A stretch of DNA of 64,000 nucleotides, from assembly GCA_965206595.1 (NCBI GenBank), contig OZ242214.1, positions 2,336,001 through 2,400,000 of the forward strand, written 5' to 3'. The translations under genes were made by a program, and so were the position numbers. Position 1 is the stretch's first letter, and every line of letters starts with the position of its first letter. The stretch comes from Candidatus Latescibacterota bacterium (lineage in GTDB: Bacteria; Latescibacterota; UBA2968; UBA8231). The notes below the pieces were generated by a model, which worked only from the letters and a program-made list of their open reading frames with translations, had not been told where the DNA came from and did no database searches. Shown here in pieces: positions 50,805 to 60,977 of this stretch.

Positions 50805-53800
50805 ATGGCCACCACGACGGCCCGCCTGACGGCAGCGGTCGAGCACTACCTCACCGACCTGCAGCGGATCCGCGCCTCGGGCAGCGCCACGGGGGAGCGC
50901 TCCAGCTACGGGCCGCTGGCCAACCTGCTCAACGCCGCCGGCGCCGCCCTCAAGCCCAAGGTGTTCTGTGTCGGCGAGCTGGCCGACCAGGGGGCAGGCC
51001 ACCCTGACTTCGGGCTCTATTCGTCGCGGCAGGTGCAGAAGGGGCAGCCGCGGGCCGGGCAGGTGCCGGAGCGAGGCGTGGTCGAGGTGAAGTCCGCGGA
51101 CGACGACGCCTGGCTGACCGCGGAGGGCGACCAGGTCAGCCGCTACTGGAACCGCTATGGACTCGTTCTGGTGACCAATACACGCGACTTCGTCCTGGTG
51201 GGCGAGGACGCGGAGGGACGCCCGGCCAAACTCGAAACCTTGCGGCTGGCTGCAAGCGCCGGGGAATTCGAGCAACGCCTGGAGACGCCACGCACCTTCG
51301 CTCGCGAGGTCGGCGCGGGCCTGGGCGAGTATCTGGGCCGGGCGCTGGCGCACCGTGCGGCCCTGTCCGAGCCGAGAGACCTGGCCTGGCTCCTGGCCTC
51401 GTACGCCCGCGACGGGCTGGCGCGGGTCGGAGCCGCGGGCGACACCCCGCTTCTGAAGACGGTGCGCTCCGCCTTGGAGGAGGCTCTTGGTGTCCGCTTC
51501 GAAGGCGCGCGCGGCGAGGCGTTCTTCCGCTCGACCCTGGTGCAGACCCTGTTCTACGGCCTCTTCTCCGCCTGGGTACTGTGGGCCCGGCAGGCCAGGC
51601 AGACCGAGCGCTTCGACTGGCGCACCGCGGTCTGGCATCTGCGCGCGCCGGTGCTGCGGGCCCTCTTCCACCAGCTCTCGGGCCCTGGCCGCCTGCGGCG
51701 GCTGGATCTGGTGGAGGTGCTGGACTGGACCGCGGCGGCCCTCGACCGGGTGGACCGGCCCGCCTTCTTCTCCCGCTTCAACGAGGGCGAGGCGGTGCCC
51801 TACTTCTACGAGCCCTTCCTCCAAGCCTTCGATCCCGATCTGCGCAAGCAGCTCGGCGTCTGGTACACCCCGGCCGAAGTGGTGCGCTACATGGTCGCCC
51901 GCGTCGACAAGGCGTTGCGCGACGACCTCGGCATCGCCGACGGGCTGGCCGCCGACAACGTCTACGTCCTCGACCCGTGCTGCGGCACCGGGGCTTATCT
52001 GGCCGAAGTGCTCCGCCGCATCGCCGCCAACCTCGAAGGACGCGGCCTCGGCGCCCTCGCCGGCGCGCGGGTGAAGCAGGCGGCCCTGGATCGGGTCTTC
52101 GGCTTCGAGATCATGCCCGCTCCTTTCGTGGTAGCCCATTTGCAGGTGGGCCTCACCATGCAGGACCTGGACGCAACCCTGGACGACGAAACCGAGCGCG
52201 CCCAGGTCTTCCTCACCAACGCCCTCACCGGCTGGGAGCCGAAGAGCGACAAGCCCCTGCCCTTCCCGGAGCTGGAGGAAGAACGGGACCGCGCCGAGCG
52301 GGTGAAGCGGGACACGCCGATTCTCGTGATCCTCGGCAACCCGCCCTACAATGGATTTGCGGGTATGGCAGTGGACGAGGAACGGGAGCTTTCGCAAGCC
52401 TACCGCACGACGAGGCGCGTGCGCCGGCCCGAGGGCCAGGGGCTGAACGATCTCTACGTGCGATTCTTCCGCATGGCGGAACGGCGCATCGCCGAGAGGA
52501 CGGGCCAGGGAGTGGTCTGCTTCATCTCCAACTACTCCTGGCTTGACGGGCTCTCCTTCACCGGCATGCGGGAGCGCTACCTCGAAGCCTTCGACGCGAT
52601 CCGCATCGATTGCCTGAACGGCGACAAGTACAAGACCGGCAAGGTGGCGCCCGACGGTTCGCCGGACCCGAGCATCTTTTCCACCGAAGGCGATCCAGTA
52701 GGTATCCAACTGGGAACAGCGATTACGACGCTGGTACGCAAAGCGGACCATGCCCCGGTCACCGAGATCGGCTTCCGCCATCTGTGGGGACAGGCCAAGC
52801 CCGCGGAACTGACGGCGACCGCGGAGACGGAACCGGACATGCTCTATGACCCCATCGAGCCGGTCTTGCCGCTCGGCTTGCCGTTCGCACAAACGGCAGT
52901 GAGCAAGGATTGGTTCGAGTGCCCGGCACTGCCCGAACTGTTTCCGGTTTCCTTTCCGGGAGTACAAACCAAACGGGACTCGTTCCTGATCGATGTTGAT
53001 CTCGACAGGCTCAAGACGCGGCTTGCCGACTACTTCGATGCGGCTCTGAGCCATGTAGAAATCGCACGACGCTATCCAGCCGCAATGAAGAGTTCATCGG
53101 GATTCGTAGTACGGGGCGCTAGGGCGGTCCGCGATGCACTGCTCGCTCGTGGCGGCCCGATTGATGCAGGGTTCGTCCGACATGCCTATCGGCCGTTCGA
53201 CAATCGCTGGCTCTATTGGGAAGCAGGTCACGGCTTGCTCGGGCGTCCGGTCCCCGACTACCGACCACATGTGTTTGCGGGAAACATGTGGTTGGTTACC
53301 CAGCAGAAGCCACGGCGCGAATGGTCTGCAGCTCAGGCCATCACGAATATGGGTTGCCTTGACCTTATGGACCGTGGCGCGACTTGCATTCCGGCCTATC
53401 TCCTCGAGGACGGCCTCCAAATCAGCGGCCAGGAAATACATTCCCGCCCTAATTTACCAAGTGCAGCACAACGCTATCTCCAACGTCTGGGTGCCAACGT
53501 GGAGGATCTGTTCCATCACGTCCTCGCCACACTTCACGATCCCGCCTACCGTGAGGCCAACGCCGGGGCGCTCCGCATGGAATGGCCGCGCATCCCGCTG
53601 CCGGGCTGGCCGGACGGCGATACCGCCGGCGCTGCTGAGTGGCTCGCTGCATCGGCGGCCAGAGGCCGCGAACTTGCCCGGCTCCTCGACCCCGATACCC
53701 CGGTACCCGGCGTCACCCATGGTGAGTTGCGCCCGGAGACCGCCGCCATCGCCGTCCCCGCAACCACCTCAGGCGGCAACATGACCGGCGACGATTTTTG

Positions 53801-54152
53801 CCTCACCACAGGGTGGGGCCACTTCGGAACAGGAGACGCCGTAATGCCGGGACAAGGCCGCGTCGTCGAGCGCGAGTACACCCCGGAGGAACGCTCCGCA
53901 TTCGGTGATTCAATAACCACACTCGGCCCCGACACGCTGGACGTCTATCTGAACGATCGCGCTTTCTGGCGCAACGTCCCGGTCGCCATCTGGCAGTACA
54001 AACTCGGCGGCTACCAGGTCCTCAAGAAGTGGCTGTCCTACCGGGAACGCGATGTCCTCGGGAGGTCCCTGACACCGGAGGAAGTGCTGTACTTTGCGGA
54101 GACCGCGAGGAGGATAGGGGTGGTGTTGCAGATTACAGTCAAGCCCATCTGA
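50805..54152 (+). CDS. Single-chain restriction-modification enzyme (nuclease + N6-MTase + type ISP-like C-terminal TRD, no helicase)
   Basis: HPDFG...VEVK, WYTP, LDPCCGTG, GNPPY, YKLGGYQVLKKWLSYR. Confidence 0.88.
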   Translation: MATTTARLTAAVEHYLTDLQRIRASGSATGERSSYGPLANLLNAAGAALKPKVFCVGELADQGAGHPDFGLYSSRQVQKGQPRAGQVPERGVVEVKSADDDAWLTAEGDQVSRYWNRYGLVLVTNTRDFVLVGEDAEGRPAKLETLRLAASAGEFEQRLETPRTFAREVGAGLGEYLGRALAHRAALSEPRDLAWLLASYARDGLARVGAAGDTPLLKTVRSALEEALGVRFEGARGEAFFRSTLVQTLFYGLFSAWVLWARQARQTERFDWRTAVWHLRAPVLRALFHQLSGPGRLRRLDLVEVLDWTAAALDRVDRPAFFSRFNEGEAVPYFYEPFLQAFDPDLRKQLGVWYTPAEVVRYMVARVDKALRDDLGIADGLAADNVYVLDPCCGTGAYLAEVLRRIAANLEGRGLGALAGARVKQAALDRVFGFEIMPAPFVVAHLQVGLTMQDLDATLDDETERAQVFLTNALTGWEPKSDKPLPFPELEEERDRAERVKRDTPILVILGNPPYNGFAGMAVDEERELSQAYRTTRRVRRPEGQGLNDLYVRFFRMAERRIAERTGQGVVCFISNYSWLDGLSFTGMRERYLEAFDAIRIDCLNGDKYKTGKVAPDGSPDPSIFSTEGDPVGIQLGTAITTLVRKADHAPVTEIGFRHLWGQAKPAELTATAETEPDMLYDPIEPVLPLGLPFAQTAVSKDWFECPALPELFPVSFPGVQTKRDSFLIDVDLDRLKTRLADYFDAALSHVEIARRYPAAMKSSSGFVVRGARAVRDALLARGGPIDAGFVRHAYRPFDNRWLYWEAGHGLLGRPVPDYRPHVFAGNMWLVTQQKPRREWSAAQAITNMGCLDLMDRGATCIPAYLLEDGLQISGQEIHSRPNLPSAAQRYLQRLGANVEDLFHHVLATLHDPAYREANAGALRMEWPRIPLPGWPDGDTAGAAEWLAASAARGRELARLLDPDTPVPGVTHGELRPETAAIAVPATTSGGNMTGDDFCLTTGWGHFGTGDAVMPGQGRVVEREYTPEERSAFGDSITTLGPDTLDVYLNDRAFWRNVPVAIWQYKLGGYQVLKKWLSYRERDVLGRSLTPEEVLYFAETARRIGVVLQITVKPI

Positions 54153-54275
54153 TTTCGGAACTCAGCGCAGGCGCGACCATTCGGGAAACAGTAGGGTACC
54201 AGAAGGTGCAATCAGGTCTGTAGGCCTGATTCGTTTTGAACAGACCCCGCGTCAACCTGAACGAAGGATGAAATC

Positions 54276-54482
54276 ATGAGACAAGCCGTCGTTTTCCCCG
54301 GCGAAGATGGTTGCTGGGTTGCAGAGTGTCCCAGCCTGCCCGGCTGCATCAGTCAGGGAAGAACAAGGCAGCAAGCCATTGCCAACATCAAGGAAGCAAT
54401 TGAAGGATATATCGCGTCTTTCGAGGAAAACGGATTGACCGTTCCTGAAGAACAGTTCGAGGCGATGGTGGTAGCGGTATGA
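54276..54482 (+). CDS. hicB: HicB family antitoxin
   Basis: WVAECPSLPGCISQGRT...NIKEAI. Confidence 0.92.
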   Translation: MRQAVVFPGEDGCWVAECPSLPGCISQGRTRQQAIANIKEAIEGYIASFEENGLTVPEEQFEAMVVAV

Positions 54483-54541
54483 GTGGTCTGCCGAGGATTT
54501 CGGAGACAACATGCGCCAAAGCGCGCGGCAAGGTTGGATGA
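54479..54541 (+). pseudogene. HicA toxin N-terminal remnant
   Basis: ATGA overlap with hicB; MSGLPRISETTCAKARGKVG* stops before the GSH motif. Confidence 0.6.
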
Positions 54542-56985
54542 ATTCCCCCTCCCCGACAACGGACTATTCCATTCCTGTGTCCCCCCCACCCCACTTTCGC
54601 TTCCTGGTTCTCCTCCTCGGCTTCGCCTGCGGCGCCGGAGCGCAAGGAGCCCCCAAGCACACCCTCAGCGGCTACGTCGAGGACGCCGCCAGCGGCGAGA
54701 AGCTGATCGGGGCGGTCCTGCACGAGCCCGACCTGCAGCAGGGCACGACGACCAACCGCTTCGGCTTCTTCAGCCTGACCCTGCCGGCCGGTTCGCTCCG
54801 GGTGGTGGTCTCCCACATCGGCTATCGCAGCGACACCCTCGCCACCGACCTCGGCCGCGACCTGCAGCTCAACATCGCCCTCGAGCCGACGCCCCTGGAA
54901 ATGGAGGCGGTGGAGACCAAAGCCGAGCGGCTCGACCCGATCCAGGAGCAGACGCGGATGAGCGTCGTGCAGGTGCCGATCCGGCAGATCGAGAGCGCCC
55001 CCGCCCTCATGGGGGAGGTCGACGTGCTCAAGACCCTGCAGCTGCTGCCCGGGGTGCAGTCGGGGACCGAGGGGATGAGCGGCCTGTACGTGCGCGGCGG
55101 CAGCCCGGACCAGAACCTGATCCTGCTCGACGACGCCCCGGTCTACAACGCCTCCCACCTGTTCGGCTTCTTCTCCGTCTTCAACGCCAACGCCATCAAG
55201 AACGTGCAGCTGACCAAGGCCGGTTTCCCGGCCCGCTACGGCGGCCGCCTCTCGTCGGTGCTGGAGATCGACATGAAGGACGGCAACATGAAGGAGTTCG
55301 AGGCGGAAGGCTCGGTCGGGCTGATCGCCTCCCAGGTGACCCTGCAGGGGCCGCTGAGCAAGGACCGAACCTCCTTCATTATCTCGGGGCGGCGCACCTA
55401 CATCGACATGCTGGTCCGCCCCTTCCTGCCCGGCGACGAGAAGGGGGGCTACCACTTCTACGACCTCAACGCCAAGCTCAACCACATCTTCTCCCCGAGC
55501 AGCCGCGTCTACCTGAGCCTGTACAGCGGCGACGACCGCTTCTGGAGCGATGTCAGCGATGAGTACGGCGCCGGAGACTACCGCGAGGAAGACAGCATCG
55601 AGGCGAACTTCGGCTGGGGGAACGTCACCTCCACCCTGCGCTGGAACTACCTGGTCAGCAACCGGCTCTTCGCCAACCTCACGGCGATCTTCAGCCGCTA
55701 CCAGTTCTCGACCAACGTCGACCAGCGCTCCATTGAGGTCATCGACGGGGAACGGGAGAGCGAGACCCTCAGGCTGCGCTACCTGTCCGGCATCCGCGAC
55801 TGGGGACTGAAGCTCGACCTCGACTACATCCCCGATCCGGCCCATTACATCCGCTTCGGGGGCAGCGGCACCCTGCACACCTATCGCCCCGGCGCGGCGC
55901 AGATCAAGTACAACCCCCTCGACGGCACCCCCGAGGACACGACCCTGACCGCCCGGGTCACCGACGCCCTGGAGTACAGCCTGTACGCCGAGGACGACGT
56001 GCGTCTCACGAGCCGCCTGAAAGCCAACCTCGGTCTGCACACCTCCGGCTTCCTCGTCGACGACGAGCTCTACACCTCCCTGCAGCCCCGGGTTTCGATG
56101 CGCTACCTGCTGACTTCGGACTGGGCTCTGAAAACCTCCTATGCGCAGATGCGCCAGTACATCCACCTGCTCTCCAACAGCTCCGTGGGCCTGCCGACCG
56201 ACCTGTGGCTGCCGGCCACCGGGCGGGTGCGCCCCCAGAGGTCGCGGCAGGTGGGGCTCGGTCTGGCGCGGCAGCTCGAGGAGCAGTACGAGCTCAGCAT
56301 CGAGGGGTACTACAAGACCATGACCGAGCTGATCGAGTACCGGGAAGGGGCGAGCTTTCTCGTCGGCTTCGGCGAGAGCGACGACTGGCAGGACAAGGTG
56401 GAGACCGGGCGGGGCTGGTCGTACGGGGCGGAGTTTTTCCTGCAGAAGAAGCGCGGCCGCACCACCGGCTGGGCGGGCTACACCCTTTCCTGGACGCGGC
56501 GGCGTTTCGAGGAGCTGAACGAAGGGCGCACTTTTCCCTACCGCTACGACCGCCGGCACGACGTCGCCGTCGTCCTCTCCCGGCAGCTGAGGGGGTCGCT
56601 CAGCTTCTCCCTGACCTGGGTGTACGGAACCGGCAATGCCGCCACCCTGCCGGTCGCGCGGTATTTCAGCGACCACGACGGGCTCGGGTCCCTCCGGTTA
56701 CACAGGCTCTCCTACCTGCCGTATGAGACCGTGGTCTACGGAGACCGCAACGGCTACCGCATGGCGGCCTTCCACCACCTCGACTTCTCCTTCAACTTCC
56801 GCCCGGCCGACAGCGACCGGCACGGGTTCAGCCTCGGGGTGTACAACGCCTACAACCGCAAGAACCCGTTTTTCATCTACTTCGAGGACCGCTACAACAG
56901 CACTACCCGCGGCAGACAGTTCCGCGCCAAGCAGGTGAGCCTCTTTCCCCTTCTTCCCTGGATCAACTACCGGTTCAAGTTTTGA
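54538..56985 (+). CDS. TonB-dependent receptor with carboxypeptidase-regulatory-like N-domain
   Basis: LSGYVED..GEKLIGA, LQLLPGV, VRGGSPDQN, YGGRLSSV, terminal Phe. Confidence 0.92.
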   Translation: MNSPSPTTDYSIPVSPPPHFRFLVLLLGFACGAGAQGAPKHTLSGYVEDAASGEKLIGAVLHEPDLQQGTTTNRFGFFSLTLPAGSLRVVVSHIGYRSDTLATDLGRDLQLNIALEPTPLEMEAVETKAERLDPIQEQTRMSVVQVPIRQIESAPALMGEVDVLKTLQLLPGVQSGTEGMSGLYVRGGSPDQNLILLDDAPVYNASHLFGFFSVFNANAIKNVQLTKAGFPARYGGRLSSVLEIDMKDGNMKEFEAEGSVGLIASQVTLQGPLSKDRTSFIISGRRTYIDMLVRPFLPGDEKGGYHFYDLNAKLNHIFSPSSRVYLSLYSGDDRFWSDVSDEYGAGDYREEDSIEANFGWGNVTSTLRWNYLVSNRLFANLTAIFSRYQFSTNVDQRSIEVIDGERESETLRLRYLSGIRDWGLKLDLDYIPDPAHYIRFGGSGTLHTYRPGAAQIKYNPLDGTPEDTTLTARVTDALEYSLYAEDDVRLTSRLKANLGLHTSGFLVDDELYTSLQPRVSMRYLLTSDWALKTSYAQMRQYIHLLSNSSVGLPTDLWLPATGRVRPQRSRQVGLGLARQLEEQYELSIEGYYKTMTELIEYREGASFLVGFGESDDWQDKVETGRGWSYGAEFFLQKKRGRTTGWAGYTLSWTRRRFEELNEGRTFPYRYDRRHDVAVVLSRQLRGSLSFSLTWVYGTGNAATLPVARYFSDHDGLGSLRLHRLSYLPYETVVYGDRNGYRMAAFHHLDFSFNFRPADSDRHGFSLGVYNAYNRKNPFFIYFEDRYNSTTRGRQFRAKQVSLFPLLPWINYRFKF

Positions 56986-57002
56986 ATTCCACGGCCCGCG
57001 CG

Positions 57003-57908
57003 ATGAAAGCCGCCCTGCGCCTCCTTCCGCTCCTGATCGCCCTGTCGGCCTGCACGCAGGTGATCGAGCCCGACCTGCCGGAGCATCCCCCGCGGCTGGT
57101 GGTGCATGCCTTCTTCACCTCCGACGGCGTCTGGACCGCCCATGTCGGCAGCTCTTCCTGGATTCTCCAGCCGGTGCCTGCCCCGGACAGGCGGGCGGTA
57201 GCCGATGCGAAGGTGGAGCTGCTGGCGGGAGACCGGGTCGTCGGCGAGCTGGAGTTCAACGACGCGGCGCAGGTGTACGTTTTTGGAGACAGCACCCTGC
57301 AAGCGGGAGAAACCTACTCCCTGCAGGTATCGGCCCCCGGCTTCGCGCCGATCCGGGCCACCGACGCCGTACCGAGGCCCGTGCAGACCTCCATTCTTTC
57401 GTATCGGACCTCCTCCCGCCCCGGCTCCGAAACCACCCGCGATTACTCGATCAAGCTGGAGATTCAGGATCCCCCCGGCGAGGCGAACTACTACCAGATC
57501 AGCATGTATCGCATTTACACGGGAAGGGGTGCGAGCAGATCCGAAGTGTATCTCTCGACCAAGGACCCCTCGATCATGGCGGACAACAACGTCGACGGGT
57601 CGCCGCTCGAAGGGGGGGGATTCGAAGGGGATGCGCCGTACTTCAGGGACACCCTTTTCGACGGCAAGACCCACGAAATCGAGCTGTCCAGGGACTTGGA
57701 TGGCGACCCGGACCCGTCGGGGACGTATCTCCAGGTTCTGTACATCAGCGAGGCGTATTACGAGTATCTCAAGAGCGCCAGGCTCCACGATTTCACCCGG
57801 GACAACCCGTTTGCCGAGCCGTTGAACGTGTACGGCAACGTCGAGAACGGGTACGGCATCTTCGCCGGGTACAGCTCGCAGACCTTCGAGCTCACCCTCG
57901 AGGAGTGA
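57003..57908 (+). CDS. DUF4249-like lipoprotein
   Basis: Lipobox LSAC; QDPPGEANYY, EP..VYGNVENGYGIF; follows the TBDR. Confidence 0.82.
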   Translation: MKAALRLLPLLIALSACTQVIEPDLPEHPPRLVVHAFFTSDGVWTAHVGSSSWILQPVPAPDRRAVADAKVELLAGDRVVGELEFNDAAQVYVFGDSTLQAGETYSLQVSAPGFAPIRATDAVPRPVQTSILSYRTSSRPGSETTRDYSIKLEIQDPPGEANYYQISMYRIYTGRGASRSEVYLSTKDPSIMADNNVDGSPLEGGGFEGDAPYFRDTLFDGKTHEIELSRDLDGDPDPSGTYLQVLYISEAYYEYLKSARLHDFTRDNPFAEPLNVYGNVENGYGIFAGYSSQTFELTLEE

Positions 57909-57947
57909 AGGCGGCGGCCTGCGGGTTAACCGTTACGGAAGGGAAAG

Positions 57948-58940
57948 ATGAAAGTCGCACTGGCAAGGAAGGAGATTCAGAAAACCCCGGGCTGGGTGCC
58001 GCCCGAGCTCGAGGCGGCCGGTTTCGATCTCGTAGAGCGCGTCTGCTCCGGGCCGCAGGAGGTGGTCGAGATCGCCGCGGACGCCGACATCCTCTGGGAC
58101 ATGGGGGGCGTCAGGGCGATCACCGCGGAGATCCTGCCGGAGCTGCGCCGCTGCGGCGCCATCATCCGCGGCGGCAGCGGCACCGACAACATCCCGGTCG
58201 CCGAGGCGACGGCGCGCGGCATCATCGTCGCCAACACCCCGGACGCCACCGCGGTCCCGGTGGCCGAGCACACCGTCGGCCTGATCCTGTCGATGACGCG
58301 CAGGATCCCGGCGCACGAGGGCGCGGTTCGCCGCGGCGCCTGGGACCCGCTGAACCCCCTTCCGGAGCTGCTTGACGGCAAGACCGTGGGCCTCGTCGGA
58401 TTCGGCCGCATCGCCCGCGCCGTGGCGGCGCGGCTGCAGGCGTTCGGCACCCGGCTGCTGGCCTGCGACCCGCTGGTCGACCCGGCCCTGATGGCGGAGC
58501 ACCGGGTCGAAGGGATGAGCCTGGAGGAGATGCTGCCGGCATCCGACATCGTCTCGGTGCACACCCCCCTGCTGCCGGCCACCCGGCACCTGATCGGCCG
58601 GCGGGAGCTCGGACTGATGAAACCGACCGCGATCCTGATCAACACCTCGCGCGGCGGAGTGGTCGACTCCGAGGCGCTCGCCGAAGCGCTCGAAAACGGG
58701 GGAATTGCCGCCGCGGGCCTGGACGTCCTCGAGCAGGAGCCGCCGCAGGACGACCCGCTGATCGGCCTGCCGAACACGCTGGTCACCCCGCACAGCGCCG
58801 GCTATCACCCGGCGCAGCTGGACCGGTTCTGCCGGCTGGCGGTCGCTTCCATCATCGACATATCGCAGAAGCGGTGGCCGGTCTCGTACGTCAACCCCGG
58901 GGTCGAGCCGCGCTGGGAGATGGAGCCGGAGCCGAGGTGA
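57948..58940 (+). CDS. D-isomer-specific 2-hydroxyacid dehydrogenase
   Basis: GFGRIA, INTSRG, LDVLEQEP, TPHSA. Confidence 0.92.
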   Translation: MKVALARKEIQKTPGWVPPELEAAGFDLVERVCSGPQEVVEIAADADILWDMGGVRAITAEILPELRRCGAIIRGGSGTDNIPVAEATARGIIVANTPDATAVPVAEHTVGLILSMTRRIPAHEGAVRRGAWDPLNPLPELLDGKTVGLVGFGRIARAVAARLQAFGTRLLACDPLVDPALMAEHRVEGMSLEEMLPASDIVSVHTPLLPATRHLIGRRELGLMKPTAILINTSRGGVVDSEALAEALENGGIAAAGLDVLEQEPPQDDPLIGLPNTLVTPHSAGYHPAQLDRFCRLAVASIIDISQKRWPVSYVNPGVEPRWEMEPEPR

Positions 58941-59074
58941 ACCTCGCGCTGTTCCCCGGCGAGCACCGGTTCCTCGACGATTACCGCATCGAGGAGCTCA
59001 CCGCGGCAAGACGGGTGCTCGTGAAGGACAACCCGCCGAGCAAGGTCCGCGAGTCGCCATCCGGCGCCCTCTGA
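58937..59074 (+). pseudogene. N-terminal stub of a truncated gene
   Basis: GTGA overlap; MNLALFPGEHRFLDDYRIEELTAARRVL resembles the FLDDxxIE start of beta-propeller proteins, then stops. Confidence 0.45.
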
Positions 59075-59127
59075 CGAAGCGAGACGGCCACCGCCGCCCT
59101 ATCGGCAGGAGATGGTCTCGGCTCGTT

Positions 59128-60426
59128 TCAGAAGCGGATGGTAAACCGGGTAGGTCCGGACGGCGGGCTCTCGAGGGAGAAGGCGAAACCGTGCCGGCCC
59201 AGGATCTCCTGGACCAGGGTCAGGCCGAGGCCCTGCCGGTTCTCCCTGGTGCTGAAGAACGGGGTGAACAGATTGCCCGCCGCTTCGGGGTCGATTCCCG
59301 GCCCGGTATCCTCGACCACGGCGAAAGGCCGGTCCCCGGTCTGCCCGAGGCGGACCGTTATCCTGCCCTTCTCGCCGATCGCCTCCACCGCATTCTTCAG
59401 GATATTGACGAACACCTGCTCCATCTGGCTCTCGTCCATCGGCACCGGGTCGAGGTCAGCCTGAACATCCCACTCCCACTCGATTCCGAGGCGCTCGCAC
59501 TCGGCCCGCATCAGCAGGGCGATGCCGCGCACAAGGGCCTCCAGGTCGACCGGCTGCGGGCGCGGCGCCGGCAGCTGCACCACCTCGGCGAAGCTGCGCA
59601 TGAAAGCGCTGAGACGGTCGATGCGGCCGCTGGCCACCTGCAGGGCGTTCTCGAAATCGCCGCGGTCGGCTTCCCGCAGCTGACCCTTGTAGTTGAGGCA
59701 GGAGTTGAGGAGGGAATTGACCGCCCCCGTTGAATTGTTGACCTCGTGTGCGAGCAGGCGGATGACCTTCTCGTAGGCCGCCTTCTCGGAGAGGCGCAGC
59801 TCCTCGGTCAGCTCCTCCATCAGGATGAAGGCGCGCGGGAACCCCTTGTCGAGGAACTGCAACTTGCGGCAGCGCACCCGCTGGCCCGACAGGGACAGCA
59901 CCTGCGACTCGCCGACCGACAGCTCCTGCAGGGAGCGGGCGAACGCCGTTCCCAGCTCTTCCAGGCACCGGCCGCGCGCCTCGCTTTCGGCCACCCCCAG
60001 CAGGCGGGCGGCGCTGGGATTGGCCAGGGCGACCTTGCCGTCGAAGTCGAGGGTCAGGATCCCCGACGGCGAGGCCGCCAGGATCTTCTCCAGGAAGAAA
60101 TGCTGTTCCTGCAGCCGCGTGCGCTCTTCCCGCAGCTGGTCGATCATGCGGTTGTACACGCCCACCAGCCCGTCCATCTCCGGCTGGCCCACCTCGATGA
60201 ACTTGCTGGTGAAGTCGCGCTCGCCGATGAGCTCGGCGCCGGTGTGGATCAGGTCGAACGGCACCCGGAACCGCCGGATCAGGCGCGCGCCAACCAGGAG
60301 GGACGCCAGGAGGAGCAGGTCGAACCCCAGCAGGTACTGCCAACCTTCTATCAACAGATGTCCGGCCACCGCGCATACAAGGTGAATGCAGACGAGGTAG
60401 CCGACGAGCTTGAAGCGCAGACTCAA
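59128..60426 (-). CDS. NtrY-like PAS sensor histidine kinase
   Basis: TM segments, PAS, LAHEVNN, NILKNA, DTGPG, LFTPFFST, GLGL; TTG start inside the repeat. Confidence 0.9.
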   Translation of the reverse strand: MSLRFKLVGYLVCIHLVCAVAGHLLIEGWQYLLGFDLLLLASLLVGARLIRRFRVPFDLIHTGAELIGERDFTSKFIEVGQPEMDGLVGVYNRMIDQLREERTRLQEQHFFLEKILAASPSGILTLDFDGKVALANPSAARLLGVAESEARGRCLEELGTAFARSLQELSVGESQVLSLSGQRVRCRKLQFLDKGFPRAFILMEELTEELRLSEKAAYEKVIRLLAHEVNNSTGAVNSLLNSCLNYKGQLREADRGDFENALQVASGRIDRLSAFMRSFAEVVQLPAPRPQPVDLEALVRGIALLMRAECERLGIEWEWDVQADLDPVPMDESQMEQVFVNILKNAVEAIGEKGRITVRLGQTGDRPFAVVEDTGPGIDPEAAGNLFTPFFSTRENRQGLGLTLVQEILGRHGFAFSLESPPSGPTRFTIRF

Positions 60427-60506
60427 GGGGTGAGCCCATGTTTCTCGAAGCGGCGGTAGAGCGCCGCCCGGCTCAGGCCCAGGGCCTGGGCAACCCTGCT
60501 GATGTT
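60406..60506. repeat. 101-bp direct repeat copy A (regulator 3' end + kinase start)
   Basis: 95/101 identical to 63703-63803. Confidence 0.9.
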
Positions 60507-60557
60507 GGAGGGCTCGAAAAAAGAGAGACAGGCGCTTCGGGGAGCCAATTACGAATT

Positions 60558-60977
60558 TTAAATTTTGTCTTTGTTGAGCAGGACCAGGACAAAGGGATTG
60601 GCAATTGTAGTTTTCCCGAAACGCTTTAGAAGTTGAGCCTCGTTGCGTTTGTCGAGATCCTCCCTTTGGATCACGCGCTGGACAGCCGGTTGACTTAGGC
60701 CAGGTATGCGAACAGCGAAAAACGGCCACAATGCTTCAGATTCGTAGTGCTTGTCGAGATCCGGAAAGTCGGTGAGCGGAGGAACACCCTTCTGACTTCG
60801 GAAGTCATCGGTGTATTCGAAATGCCACTTCCCGTCCTGGAGTGATAGAAGCCCAACTTCCAGATCGCGGTATTGCAACCGGAAGTCGGCGGTCTCCTGT
60901 TCCGGAGTCAGAAGCTGCTCGCGGCCGTCTTGCCGCGACAGAATCTTCTTCAGGGTAGAAATAGAGATCATGGGCAT
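60558..60977 (-). CDS. HipA N-terminal-domain (HipS-like) protein
   Basis: VGLLSLQDGKWHFEY...FPDLDKHYESEALWPFFAVRIP. Confidence 0.82.
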   Translation of the reverse strand: MPMISISTLKKILSRQDGREQLLTPEQETADFRLQYRDLEVGLLSLQDGKWHFEYTDDFRSQKGVPPLTDFPDLDKHYESEALWPFFAVRIPGLSQPAVQRVIQREDLDKRNEAQLLKRFGKTTIANPFVLVLLNKDKI

